DNA from: Bulinus truncatus
Taxonomy: Eukaryota
Direction of reading: 5' to 3'
Assembly (NCBI GenBank): GCA_021962125.1
Contig: JAGDYQ010000002.1
Coordinates: 20,986,893 to 21,050,892, forward strand
Length of the DNA: 64,000 nt
The position numbers and the translations under genes were made by a program. Positions 12,068 to 22,378 of this stretch are shown piece by piece. The first letter of the stretch is position 1. Each line of letters opens with the position of its first letter. The notes below the pieces were generated by a model, which saw nothing but the letters and a program-made list of their open reading frames with translations, had not been told where the DNA came from and ran no database searches.

Positions 12068-12813
12068 CGCACTGGCTCCGGTACCGTCATATGACGGTGC
12101 CGGTATCTTTTTTTTACCGCTTCCGTCAACAATTGCATAACCGAGCAATTATACATTAAAATGAGAGGTTAGTTTGTGTGGCGCGTTAGCAATGTAGGTT
12201 GTTTGCTTGGCTGAGACCCAGTTTGGCTAGCTATGTGCGGGTTCGATTCCTGATAGAGACATACATTTTTTTGTTCAGATTTTATTTTTCAGGATCAGGG
12301 TTAGGGATAGGGGGTTAGGGATAGGGTTAGGGTGTGGAGCAATATCTATTGATGGTCATTTTTTAATAAATCATAATTTTTTTTTTCCAGATTTTTTTTT
12401 CAGGGTTAGGGATAGGATTAGGGTTAGGATTTGGGTTAGGGATAGGATTAGGGATAGGATTAGGGTTAGGGATAGGATTAGGGTTAGGGATAGGGTTAGG
12501 ATTAGGATTAGGGATAGGGTTAGGGTGTGGAGCAATATCTATTTATGGTCCCCAAAAAAAAAAATATCTCCGATTTTTAACAGTAAATAACGTCATCAAC
12601 GTCTGCAGTAAATAAGAGTTCTCATTCATTCTGTTTACTCTTTAAATGTGTTAAAACGATCGCCGATTTTGAGCACCATCATTGTGTAAGTAATAATATC
12701 ATAATATAAACTGCATTTATAACTTTACATCATAAGAGTTCATTCTGTTGACGGAAGCAGTAAAAAAAAGATACCGGCACCGTCATATGACGGTACTGGA
12801 GCCAGTGCGACGT
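12068..12813. mobile_element. Non-autonomous DNA transposon (MITE-like, ~745 bp). About 60-bp terminal inverted repeats, 8-bp TSD ATTACATA (12060-67 / 12814-21). Internal duplicated units carry degenerate telomere-like (TTAGGG/TTAGGGA/TTAGGA)n arrays and a tRNA-like segment.
   Basis: Left end cgcactggctccggtaccgtcatatgacggtgccggtatcttttttttaccgcttccgtcaaca. Right end is its reverse complement. Internal arrays at 12290-12340 and 12400-12530; ggttcgattcc T-loop-like motif at 12245. Confidence 0.75.
12290..12530. repeat. Degenerate telomere-like hexamer/heptamer arrays (GGGTTAGGGATAGGGTTAGG..) in two blocks
   Basis: Direct reading; TTAGGG-type units interspersed with TAGGGA/TTAGGA variants. Confidence 0.8.
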
Positions 12814-13144
12814 ATTACATATGTCATATTGAATGGATTTGATGACTTTTTAAGACTATTACTATTAGGGATGTTTGGCCTACCCCTAATTGTTAGAATT
12901 GTTACTTAAATTATTTTAATTTATTTTAATACAATTTTTTTAATAATGCATTTTCCCCCATTTTTCATACACTGCTTTCATAATCTTAAATAAATGTCTA
13001 TGATTAATTTATCAGTATTTAATTTAAACTAAATGTACAATAATATTGTTAATATATAGGGTAATAATAAATAGTAGGATATAAGATAAGTTTCTATTTT
13101 CCCGTAGTTGTCTAAATGTTTGGAGATGGAATGTGTTGATGTAC

Positions 13145-13380
13145 CTGACTTTTCCTTTGCATTTGTTACATGAATCTCCTTCCCATCCTTGATAACAAAC
13201 ACACTGACCATTGACATTGTCACAATTTCCTTGTTCACAGTTCGCACAAATTTTTAACTGAATAGAGGCACAGTATGCTAATAATGATATAAATAATAAT
13301 CCAGAAATTATATTTGACTCTGGCAATAATGTCAATCGTAACTTTCGCCTATGATTAGATAATCCTATTCTGTCGGCCAT
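13145..13380 (-). CDS. attractin/MEGF8-like first coding exon: Met, hydrophobic signal peptide, EGF-like Cys pattern (MADRIGLSNHRRKLRLTLLPESNIISGLLFISLLAYCAS..CANCEQGNCDNVNGQCVCYQGWEGDSCNKCKGK)
   Basis: ORF 13024..13380(-); ATG at 13380-13378; donor |gtacat at 13144; phase 2 out matches the CUB exon. Confidence 0.75.
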
Positions 13381-13711
13381 CTTGAAATAAAATTAACAAG
13401 TCTTAAAGCTAAAAATAGTATCGCCATAGTTCAATACATCCAGTGGTTCTCAAATCGTGATAGACTTTTCATAATGCTTTAATTATTTTAGCTTATCAAG
13501 TAAATATAGAATCAAGTATTTTTTTTGTTTGTTAACAGGCTATTCTGTCTGATTATACCACAGCCGACTGTTTGTGTATGTTATGTATGTACACTAATAA
13601 TTAAAAATAGGTTAGGCCTGTAAGAAGTGTAAGTCATCATTAATTCATTTTACAGTAGAGTTTTGTTTCCAGCTTTTGACTTAAAAAAAAAACAGACCTT
13701 GATCAGAGCCG

Positions 13712-13712
<1 letters not shown>

Positions 13713-13755
<43 letters not shown>
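13713..13755. repeat. (TA)n microsatellite
   Basis: Direct reading. Confidence 0.95.
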
Positions 13756-13757
<2 letters not shown>

Positions 13758-13860
13758 CGGCGGCGGAACGAAATATTTAAAGGGGGGGGGCAAGCCAAAA
13801 TTCAAGGGCCCCCCCCCTTGAAAATTTAAGGAGGGGCAAGACAAAATATGACCGAAAGAC
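13741..13860. repeat. ~120-bp G/C-tract repeat; inverted copy at 15195-15300; each copy abuts a (TA)n run
   Basis: tatacaccggcggcggaacg..aaagggggggggcaagccaaaattcaagggccccccccc here; reverse complement gggggggagggcag..ggggggcgccgccacccc..ccgccgccagtgtata at 15195-15300. Confidence 0.6.
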
Positions 13861-14264
13861 AAATTTTACCCCCTTAATTCAATAATAGAATATAGTAATT
13901 CTGTAGCAAGTATTTAATCGATATTATTAAAAAATAATATATTAAAAAAAATGAATATTGAGCACTTCTGTCGTCAACTGATTCGTAATGTCAGTTTGTT
14001 TACAAATTTAATAGTGAAAATAGATCAGAAAATTACTGATAATTATCATGAATGATGATGAATATGAAACTGGAAACGGGAAACTCAATAAACAAAAAGT
14101 AATTTATGAAAAGATAATAAATAATCTTTAAAAATTACATTTGCCGTCATTCGGTAGATGGCAATACTTCTTTATACTAATTATAAGACGCATTTGCTAT
14201 CTGTCTGTCTGTTCCCTTAAAACTCAAGATCCAGACAACCAAATAACGTGAAATTTGGTACACA

Positions 14265-14428
14265 CAGTGGCGCAACCAGGGGTGGGGTGGGGCAGGGGGG
14301 CTTGGGCCCCCCAGGCCAAATCATCAATACATAATTCACGTTATAAAGTTACATAAAAGACTGTCAAACTGTCTTTTTTCAATATGTGAGCCCCCCCCCC
14401 CCAGCATTTTTTGCTGGTTGCGCCACTG
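14265..14428. mobile_element. MITE (164 bp) nested inside the composite repeat. Perfect 15-bp TIR CAGTGGCGCAACCAG; 8-bp TSD GGTACAC(A/G); internal G-tract and C-tract.
   Basis: cagtggcgcaaccagggg..ctggttgcgccactg; flanks ggtacaca / ggtacacg. The 55.2-kb copy of the host repeat lacks the insertion. Confidence 0.8.
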
Positions 14429-14705
14429 GGTACACGTACACAAAATTACATGGGGAATGTTCTTAAACAGGTTTCGTTCCATCTCAATGGGTACTTTAAT
14501 TGTAATTAATTATTTTGTATATCGAAGACATGAAAATTGGCAAACTTTTACCCCGATTTCTGGTTTTACGAGCTTCTCTCCCACATAGCTAACTTACTAT
14601 GAATATGATCGGTACGGGGAACCAAATATGACATTACTTACTACATTATTACATTCCATTCCTTCATCCATAGGAATTGTCATCTTTTGCTACAGTCATG
14701 CCTAA

Positions 14706-14870
14706 GAAAGAGAGAGAGGGAGAGAGAGGGAGGGTGGGAGGGAAAGAAAGAGGGAGGGAGAGAGAGGGGGAGGAAGGGAGAGAGGAGGGAGGGAGGGGAA
14801 GAGGGGGAGAGAGGGAGGGAGGAAGGGAAAGAGGGAGGGAGGGGAGGGAGAGAGAGAGGAACTGCCAAAA
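14706..14870. repeat. Purine-rich (GGGAGR)n/(GA)n low-complexity satellite
   Basis: Direct reading. Explains the spurious ORFs 14677..14958(+), 14680..14868(-) and neighbours. Confidence 0.9.
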
Positions 14871-15194
14871 ATGTTGTGTATCACATTGCTTTAAGATAAA
14901 TGTACCCTTTTATTGCATGCAAATAAACCCTTTTTACGCGTCTTATTTTAAATCTTAATTAAACATCAAATTACGCTTCTTAAATAAACATAAAACATTA
15001 TTTTAAACCCGGGCAAAGCCGGGTACTTGCAACTAGTTTTAAAATATGCCACAACAACTCTCAATAATGTGATTACTGTAAAATGTCAATTACTTATAAT
15101 TTCATTCAAATATTAAATTTAAGAAATAAATCAAATAAATTATGAAAATGAAAACGATACATATAAACTAAAATGAATTACAAAGTTAAAAAAG

Positions 15195-15293
15195 TTAAAA
15201 CTTTAGGGGGGGAGGGCAGACTGGAAATTCAATGGGGGGCGCCGCCACCCCTTATAAGTTTTAGGGGGGCCGCTGCCCCCTGCTCCGCCGCCA

Positions 15294-15300
<7 letters not shown>
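15195..15300. repeat. Inverted copy of the 13741-13860 G/C-tract repeat
   Basis: Reverse-complement match to 13741-13860. Confidence 0.6.
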
Positions 15301-15342
<42 letters not shown>

Positions 15343-15358
15343 TAGATAGATAGAGAGT

Positions 15359-15402
<44 letters not shown>
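15296..15402. repeat. Compound microsatellite (TA)22 (GATA)3 (GA)24
   Basis: Direct reading. Confidence 0.95.
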
Positions 15403-15404
<2 letters not shown>

Positions 15405-16039
15405 AGAGGGGGACTGACTATTTCCACTCCCACCCCCGTCCTTTTCCACCACCCTTGTCATTTCACTAGACGAAGTTTATGAAAGTTGTGTGATTGGGCA
15501 CATCCCGGGCACATAATGTTTTCTGTAATGATTGAGTGATAGATTATTTTCCTTGAATGGTATTACTACATAGGTCAGGGAAGTTGTGTTGTGATTCAGT
15601 TACTATTTATATGTTCAGGTTAACCCTAATAAGTGGATTCTTTAACAGCAGCAAATCCAGCCCACACATTTTTAGCAATAAACGAGATTTTTTTAATGCA
15701 ATGTCCATGACACAAGACATGCCCTATGGATACTATGGAACATATTTTTACGGTTATCTGCACGGTTGACATTCATTAAGGTGTGAGCTTGTGAAAGTTT
15801 TATTCGATGTCCTCATATAGTCCACGGGTAAGTGTAACACTAGCATAATTTTTTGTACCGGTTTACTCTCAGCTCAGGTGTCAAGATATCTTATTTGCTA
15901 ATAATCATTTTAATATTTATTTCCCTGTATTAATTTTTTTTTTTGCTTGTTGCTATTTTAGTACTTTGCTGCTTTAACTCTTATAACTCTTAGCTAGTAT
16001 TCTGTATTAGTACCATCAAACCTTTGCTGCAGGCCCGTA

Positions 16040-16160
16040 GCCAGGTCAAAGTAAGCAGGGGGGCACCAATACCCAGCAAGGGGGGCACCTTTACTTTTTC
16101 TTTATTTTTTCCTTTTTTCCTTTTTTAAGTGCACCCCCCCCCCCTGGCTACGGGGCTGCT
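16040..16160. repeat. Palindromic G/C-tract element (cccgtagccagg ... cctggctacggg) with poly-G/poly-C arms, about 100 bp upstream of the TEP1-like first exon
   Basis: gcaggcccgtagccaggtcaaagtaagcaggggggcacc...gtgcaccccccccccctggctacggggctg. Confidence 0.6.
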
Positions 16161-16265
16161 TGGCTGCCTTATGATACCTTGGCTAGTCATCAGTCTGTAA
16201 GTTAAGAGTAAGACATCACTCTGGAAATTTTTGCATTAACAGGTGTAGATATTGAACAATACACA

Positions 16266-16356
16266 ATGAGTGATAATAGAAATAAAAATCCATTGTTGGA
16301 GAAATGGAGCAAGAAAGACAATAGTGGTCTAAGTGGGAATCTTTCTGTTACATCAA
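16266..16356 (+). CDS. TEP1: TEP1-like exon 1 (MSDNRNKNPLLEKWSKKDNSGLSGNLSVTS)
   Basis: ATG with A at -3; donor GTAAGT at 16357; phase 1 out matches exon 2. Confidence 0.7.
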
Positions 16357-16747
16357 GTAAGTTTTATTGGTTGTTAAAATTCATAAATGTTTTGTGCTGA
16401 TTGAGTTTACTGTTAACTTAATTCTTCAATAACTATAGGGTGAATAAGTCTTTGATAAAGTATTGCTATAGTGAAACCACATTTCACAAATTATATTCCA
16501 TTACACATCTCAGTATTTCTCATGAACCAATTACACTGAACTTAGAATGAAAATATTTATACACAACGTCACAAGTGAAAAATACCTGTTATAAAGAAAT
16601 GTATAAATCTCATTATATCATTTTAATTTAATTTAAACATTATTCATTTATTTTAAACCATTGGATTTTTTGCTGTGTGCAATAAATATGTGTGATAATA
16701 TACTTAACTATACCTTAAATATTTTTGTATTATTTTTTCATCATAAG

Positions 16748-17382
16748 GTTTATTAATAGGACAGAAATTATCAATGAAATTGGACACAAGCAGTAAATGT
16801 GAACCACCACTGAAGACATCTATCAAAACTGAAAGTGGTAGTTCACTGTTAACTGGAACATCTGCACTGCTCAAAAGTAGTCTAAGTAACCATCTACTGA
16901 GTACATCAAGATCACTCTCCCAATTGGGGTCAGACAGCCTGCATGCAGAACCATCAAAACTTTTGACTACATCATTACTTAGTGCCACCAAGCCATCTCT
17001 GACAAATGCTTATGTCAAATCTTCGTCACTGCAGAAAACACCAGTTCTAGAATCCAGTCTGACTAAATTGTCTCTGACGCAGGAAAAAGAGGACTTATCC
17101 AAAAGCATCAAGCTAACGAGTAATGTAGAAAAAAGCACAGCAAAGAAAAGAATTCTTGTCGACTCTCTGCAAAAGGAGAAGAAGATGAAGTTGGAGATTG
17201 AAACTGGTATTGTGACAAGCCAGGCAATTCAGCAGCATGCGGTGGAGCCACCTGAATATTACATTAAATTTGAGAGTGGTGATTTTATGGAGGTTGAGCT
17301 GCCCAGGTTTGCTCCTCCATCGGAAGACATGCATCTCAAAAAGAGCTTAGGAAGAGAACTAGTTGATGTTGCCGCCTTAAAA
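16748..17382 (+). CDS. TEP1: TEP1-like exon 2: Ser/Leu-rich N-terminal repeats (..LLTGTSALLKSSLSNHLLSTSRSLSQLGSDSLHAEPSKLLTTSLLSATKPSLTNAYVKSSSLQ..)
   Basis: ORF 16774..17397; acceptor tcatcataag| at 16746-47; donor |gtaatg at 17383. Confidence 0.75.
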
Positions 17383-18288
17383 GTAATGATTCTATGATAG
17401 ATACATCATTATTGGTGCATAAAAATTGCTTCAGTTTATTTATGTTATCTGTTTACAAAAAATTAATAAAGTATTACTATCAAAAGTATAATTAAATGTA
17501 AAAAAAATTCTTCTAAAGACAAGACCAAAGGGTGATTTATGTTTTTTTTTAATTTTGTTCCAGCGGACATAAAAACTTAATTTTACCCCATAAAAAAATA
17601 CTCTAAAAAATAATAAAAGGAAAAGCTGTTATTTATTGTTCATTCAAACATTTATTTTAAGTGTTAGGATAAGATTACAAACACTTTCCATACAATTTCA
17701 GAGAGGACTTATAAATTGTGTAAGTGGTTCCCTTATTTGTCAGCCAAACTTTGCCAACCCAAGAGACACAACAAGGTATCATATCATGGATCATGTCAAT
17801 ACAGTTATTTCCTATGATCCAGAATTCATATTGAAAGTAAGTTTATTATACCATTAATCGCGACATTTAATAATTTTTAACTCAATAGTAGCCTATCTTC
17901 AGTGGATAATTAATTTTGTGGGTATTTTAATTTCTTCTGCAGATTGAGCCCATTTCAATGTTAATTATATTTTAATGGGCTACTAATGTCTAGCTCGTCA
18001 TGTTTAGAAGTATTGTACTAGAAAACTCCAGTTGATGAAAACAAAATAATAACTACTGGTTATTTGTAAAACTGATGCATGATAAGCTTAATAGAGAAGT
18101 TTGAAATGAGAATTTCATAGGAAGGACTTGCTTGATTTTTTTTTTTCTTAAAATTTTTTTTGGTTTGAGTACAGTGGCAGATGGTAAAAAACCTTTTTCA
18201 TGAGTTATCCAGCTTGTAATATCACTAATTACTATGATAGTTAAAAAAATATGTGTTTGTATTATACACGGCTAATTTTTAATTTTAG

Positions 18289-18450
18289 GTTGCACTATAC
18301 TCCAGAAAAGAGCTGAACATTAGAACCACTTCAAATTTTCTGCTGTCTTTGGCTGCAAGTCACAACTCCTGTAGGGTTTTCTTGAAGAAATATTTTTCTG
18401 CATCAATAACTCTGCCATCTGATTGGATTGAAGTGGCAGAAATATTTCAG
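18289..18450 (+). CDS. TEP1: TEP1-like exon 3, TROVE (VALYSRKELNIRTTSNFLLSLAASHNSCRVFLKKYFSASITLPSDWIEVAEIFQ)
   Basis: Acceptor aattttag|, donor |gtatct; phase 0/0. Confidence 0.8.
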
Positions 18451-19127
18451 GTATCTATTTACTTTTCTTACAAACGGTCGTATCGCAATTGAGTACCAAA
18501 ATAATGACACAGCAATAAAAATTATTTTATTAATAACGAATCAACTTTAATTTTTATTATTTACAGCACCATCTCAACACAGCATTAATGAATATCAGCA
18601 GCATCTTAACACAACATCAGTTAATTAACTTTTACTCCTAAAATCATCTTTATTTGTCCTCCATAAGACTTCTTCGTGAAAACTCAACAGCACTCGGACT
18701 CACCGTCCCATGACTACTGTGTTATATAACAACTCTGGGTCTATCTACTTTTTTTGGAATACCTTCTTTGATTCACATCATGGTCCCTTTTATATATAGA
18801 CCACACCAGCATATGGCGTGGGAAGTTTCCCTGCCAGATCTGTAGGTGAAGGTCACTGCTTACGTGTTTGAAATGTAGATGGCAAAAGACACAATTTCAT
18901 CACAGGTCACATCCATAAACACACTAACATACCAAAGGGGAATAATACAAAAAATAAAATGAGTGATAACTAGGGATAGGACAACCGCTTGTACTTGTAC
19001 ACATATGGATTTTCCTGTCCATTTTTTTTCAGTAGTCTCATTTTATCAAAATAGTAAACCTAAAGCATTTTTTTGCTCTCTTGGATTTTAATTTTGTTTT
19101 GAAGACAAAAACAATTGTACTTTTCAG

Positions 19128-19224
19128 ACGCTTGAAGATAACAATTTGAAACCTGGTGCACTTCCTGCAGCGCTACGTAAATGTATGATTTCTAAATTTT
19201 CAGATTTTGACAAATATCAGCTTG
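19128..19224 (+). CDS. TEP1: TEP1-like exon 4 (TLEDNNLKPGALPAALRKCMISKFSDFDKYQL)
   Basis: Acceptor ttttcag|, donor |gtgagt. Confidence 0.8.
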
Positions 19225-19568
19225 GTGAGTGTCAAATAACTCTGTAGTATTCATTTGAAAAATCTTTACTCTTCTATTATTAGTTAATTGTCTTGGATTT
19301 TGTTTTCTAATATATTTACCTTAAAATAAGATTCTAATGTATCATGCAGATTATGAAACAGATATTAAACTAACTAATTTTATTGATTTAAAAATTGTTT
19401 TACTGATTGACTATAATTAACTTTTTTGGGACTTAAATAAATCAATTAAAAAAAAAGTTCATTGCAAACTTATTTTATTTTCTAAGGATCTGTTTTTCAG
19501 TAAAGTTTTTTTTTTTATTTATTTGTTGGAATAAATAATTTGTCTTAAATTTTATTCCTAAATTAAAG

Positions 19569-19789
19569 CCAAATATAACAAGGAAAGTTCTGGGAAGAAA
19601 AAAAAATCAAAGGCTAAGAAAAAAGAAGAGCAAAGTGAAAAAGCTAACAAAAGTGTGAGGGGAAAATCAAAACCAGTCCAATCAGCAGACAGGAGTGGTA
19701 AAAGCAAAAAAGCAGACTCTAAAAAACGCGGGTTCTTTGAAAGTGATTCAAGTGATTCTGACGGCGAGGAAAGTGTGACACTGAGACAG
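19569..19789 (+). CDS. TEP1: TEP1-like exon 5, Lys/Ser-rich linker (..KSKKADSKKRGFFESDSSDSDGEESVTLRQ)
   Basis: ORF 19655..19855 frame; acceptor aattaaag|, donor |gtgttt; phase 1 in, 0 out. Confidence 0.65.
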
Positions 19790-19901
19790 GTGTTTGTAAT
19801 ATTTATGAATGTTTTTACTTTAAGAATACAAAGCTGTATTAAATATGCCTTATAGAAATGAAATACATTACATATTACAGTTGTTAAATTTATTTTCAAA
19901 G

Positions 19902-20035
19902 GTGAGGAGCATTTTTTATGAAGAGACACTAACTGATGAGGAACTGAAGAAGCAAAGGTTTACTATCAAGCAGCTGATCAGGAAACTTCATATCCGAGAG
20001 CCAGTTGAGCATGTCATGTGCATCATTGGAAAAAA
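19902..20035 (+). CDS. TEP1: TEP1-like exon 6, TROVE (VRSIFYEETLTDEELKKQRFTIKQLIRKLHIREPVEHVMCIIGKK); alternative in-frame acceptor at 19881
   Basis: ORF 19845..20039; donor |gtaagg at 20036; phase 2 out. Confidence 0.7.
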
Positions 20036-20577
20036 GTAAGGTTACCTGTGCTGTAGTGTAAACAGATTTCTTCTGAATATATAATAAACTAGAAGGCATA
20101 ACCCTTTAAGCACTTGTGTGCGCACTTATCAGAGATAGAAAAGATTTGGTGTTTTACCAGTTAGTGCATTTCATACTATAATATCAGAGAAAGATATAAT
20201 TATATAAGCATAAAATCATGCTTAAGATATTTTGGTTGTGTTCTGGACTGGTGTATTGTCTGTGTGCTTTTCTTACTTATCTATGTTTGCTCTGTCTATC
20301 TATATCCATTAAAGTTAATTTAATACTTATAATTTAATTAATAATAAATTAATGATAAATGTTTGAAGAGAAGAAATCTGATAAAAACAGTATTGTAAAG
20401 CAATTAATTTATGATAATTAGGGTTATTATATATACCAATAATATTTTGCCCTTGTAGCCTACACATAAATGATAAGCTTGCAGATATTTTGAATTAACT
20501 TCAAGCTCTATAAGCAAATGATAAAATGCAACAATTATTTAGATTTTTATATCCGATTTATTTATTTTTCTTTCAAG

Positions 20578-20735
20578 GTACCCTTCAACCATAGAAGATT
20601 TCTATAAAAGCCGCTTACCAGGTACCTGGGAAGAGGAGAGAGCTGGGAAGCGAATGAAACTTCCTGTTCCAGAGACATGGGAAACTCAAGTTTCTTTGAA
20701 AGGAAACAAAGCTCAGACATGGGAGAATTTAATTG
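20578..20735 (+). CDS. TEP1: TEP1-like exon 7 (YPSTIEDFYKSRLPGTWEEERAGKRMKLPVPETWETQVSLKGNKAQTWENLI)
   Basis: Acceptor tttcaag|, donor |gtaagt; phase 2 in, 1 out. Confidence 0.8.
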
Positions 20736-21204
20736 GTAAGTTTTTTTTTTCACTAATTTCTTCTTCTATGTGTCACATGCTGTTACTCTCAATGACATTG
20801 AGATTTAATATCGTAATTTTTTTGCAATATATCATAACGATATACCATATTGTCAACTTGGGTGATAATTGATTTAGATTTTACTTTTTTTAATTTGGCC
20901 AAATCAATACAACTAAAAGTATGGTTCTTTTTATCTTTATTAAAAAAAAAAAAGAACTATTAGGCTTTACAGTTAAAGTTTTTTGTAATTTTATCTTAGT
21001 TTTTTCTATAATATACCTGATAGCAAGGCATTCTCTAGTGACAATAGATGACTGGTATAATGTGACAGTCAACATGTTAATGAAACCTGTGTAAGAAAAA
21101 AAAATAAAAACGTTATTGGCCTAGTTTAATCTAGGAGGCCAAGCTTTGATATTTGTATTTTTTAAAAATTTTTAGTCAGTTTTGTCTTTCTTTTGTTCCT
21201 GCAG

Positions 21205-21314
21205 ACAACAAAAAGTTGCCATACATGGCCATGTTGCGAAATCTAAGGAACCTCATCAAAGCCGGCATCTCTACCAAACACCATAACTTTGTGCTCAGAC
21301 GACTGTGCGATCAG
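21205..21314 (+). CDS. TEP1: TEP1-like exon 8, TROVE (DNKKLPYMAMLRNLRNLIKAGISTKHHNFVLRRLCDQ)
   Basis: Acceptor tcctgcag|, donor |gtattt. Confidence 0.85.
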
Positions 21315-21593
21315 GTATTTTGAATTTTTTCTTTTACAGTACAGGGTGGAAAAGCTTGTGATCCCTTCAGTATTTGTGTAGTATTCATTTCATTATTCAG
21401 TAGTGTTGAAAGTCTTACCCATGATAACTTTTGGTTGAGTAAATCCAACTCACATCCCAGAGGTCATATTCAATACCTCATTATATGCAGCACTGTAACA
21501 GTTCAATGAAAAACTTCAGCATAATTAACCAGTTTATCAAAGCATATTGGACTGTCGATTCTGGGTTGAAATTTGTTTACTTTGTAATTGCAG

Positions 21594-21684
21594 AAATCAG
21601 TGGCCAACAGCAAACAGTTTCCATTCAGGTATTTCTCTGCTTATGTTGTTCTGACGGAACTGGAGGAAGCCTATGAGCAGAATC
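21594..21684 (+). CDS. TEP1: TEP1-like exon 9, TROVE (KSVANSKQFPFRYFSAYVVLTELEEAYEQN)
   Basis: ORF 21588..21953 frame; acceptor taattgcag|, donor |gtaagt. Confidence 0.85.
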
Positions 21685-21789
21685 GTAAGTTTATGAATAA
21701 TTTTTTATCAGTCTTCTTGATAAGAATGATTGAGATAAAATTCAGGTCAAATTGTGGTGTTGACTCATTGGTTCCTCTGTCATTTACAG

Positions 21790-21936
21790 AACAAGAAATT
21801 ATTCAGTCTGCTGAGGCTGGAGTAAATACTTGGGATACGTCAGGTGAATGCAGAGGTGGCTTTAGAGGTGCTAAAAGAGGTTTCTCTAGAGGTGGAATGC
21901 GTGGCTCTGGCCGTGGTGCTATGGCTGTGTTAAGGG
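21790..21936 (+). CDS. TEP1: TEP1-like exon 10 with RGG/RG-rich tract (QEIIQSAEAGVNTWDTSGECRGGFRGAKRGFSRGGMRGSGRGAMAVLR)
   Basis: Acceptor atttacag|, donor |gtaaga; phase 1/1. Confidence 0.8.
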
Positions 21937-22378
21937 GTAAGATGAAACTTTAAATTTCTGTGGGTGTTAAATTTGGAATAAGTGTCTCCAGAACCTAAAA
22001 AAAAGATTTTGAAATAAAATGACCTCCTTAATTAAAACCTAAAGATTAAACCCTGTTTAACGTCAAAATGAAAATTTATTTCTTATCCATCAATTGCCTA
22101 AATTCTTTCTTACACCCTAAGGATATGATTTTCAAGCCTTATTTAATTAATGATGTAGCTGACATTTTAGATAGTGTCATAAATGGATTGTAGATTGGGG
22201 GGGGGGGGAGGCTCTTTCCAGGTAGGGTTTCTTTTGCTTTTTATATTCCTTCATTCTTTCTGTTTTTATTAGCTTTGGTACTGCAGTGAACTTTTATTAG
22301 ATGTAAATTTAATGTGCAATGATTTTCCTTACCATTTTTCAACTGACTGCTAAACGGCCATTAAAAAAATATATTTAG

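Larger units (their letters stand above)
69..13380 (-). other. Gene span: attractin/MEGF8-family secreted/transmembrane protein, 18 exons identified; 3' end outside window
   Basis: Chain of minus-strand exons with GT/AG sites and consistent codon phases across 17 junctions. Domain order: signal peptide/EGF, CUB, 2xEGF, 7 Kelch, 5 PSI, 2 laminin-EGF. Confidence 0.8.
14160..15050. repeat. Composite repeat block, copy 1 (copy 2 at 55130-56460). Parts: catttgctatctgtctgtct..caaataacgtgaaatttggtacaca..ttacatgggg..ggtttcgttccatctcaatgggtactttaattgtaatta module, then a purine-rich satellite, then aaacccgg..ccgggtacttgcaactagt tail.
   Basis: Module-by-module similarity to 55130-55300, 55560-56400 and 56430-56460. 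Confidence 0.7.

Noticed and set aside
12170-12262. Possible tRNA gene (ggttcgattcc T-loop-like motif)
   Set aside because: No intact cloverleaf: the acceptor and T stems do not pair, and there is no credible anticodon arm. Interpreted as a tRNA-derived segment inside the TIR-flanked element.
12290-12530. True chromosome-terminal telomere
   Set aside because: The arrays are short, degenerate, duplicated in two internal subunits, and enclosed by about 60-bp terminal inverted repeats with flanking 8-bp direct duplication. They are interstitial, with unique sequence and genes on both sides.
16774-17397. ORF start codon (MKLDTSS) as TEP1 translation start
   Set aside because: The upstream in-frame region joins by a phase-1 acceptor at 16746-47 to an exon with ATG at 16266 and a GTAAGT donor. 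The M at 16774 is internal.
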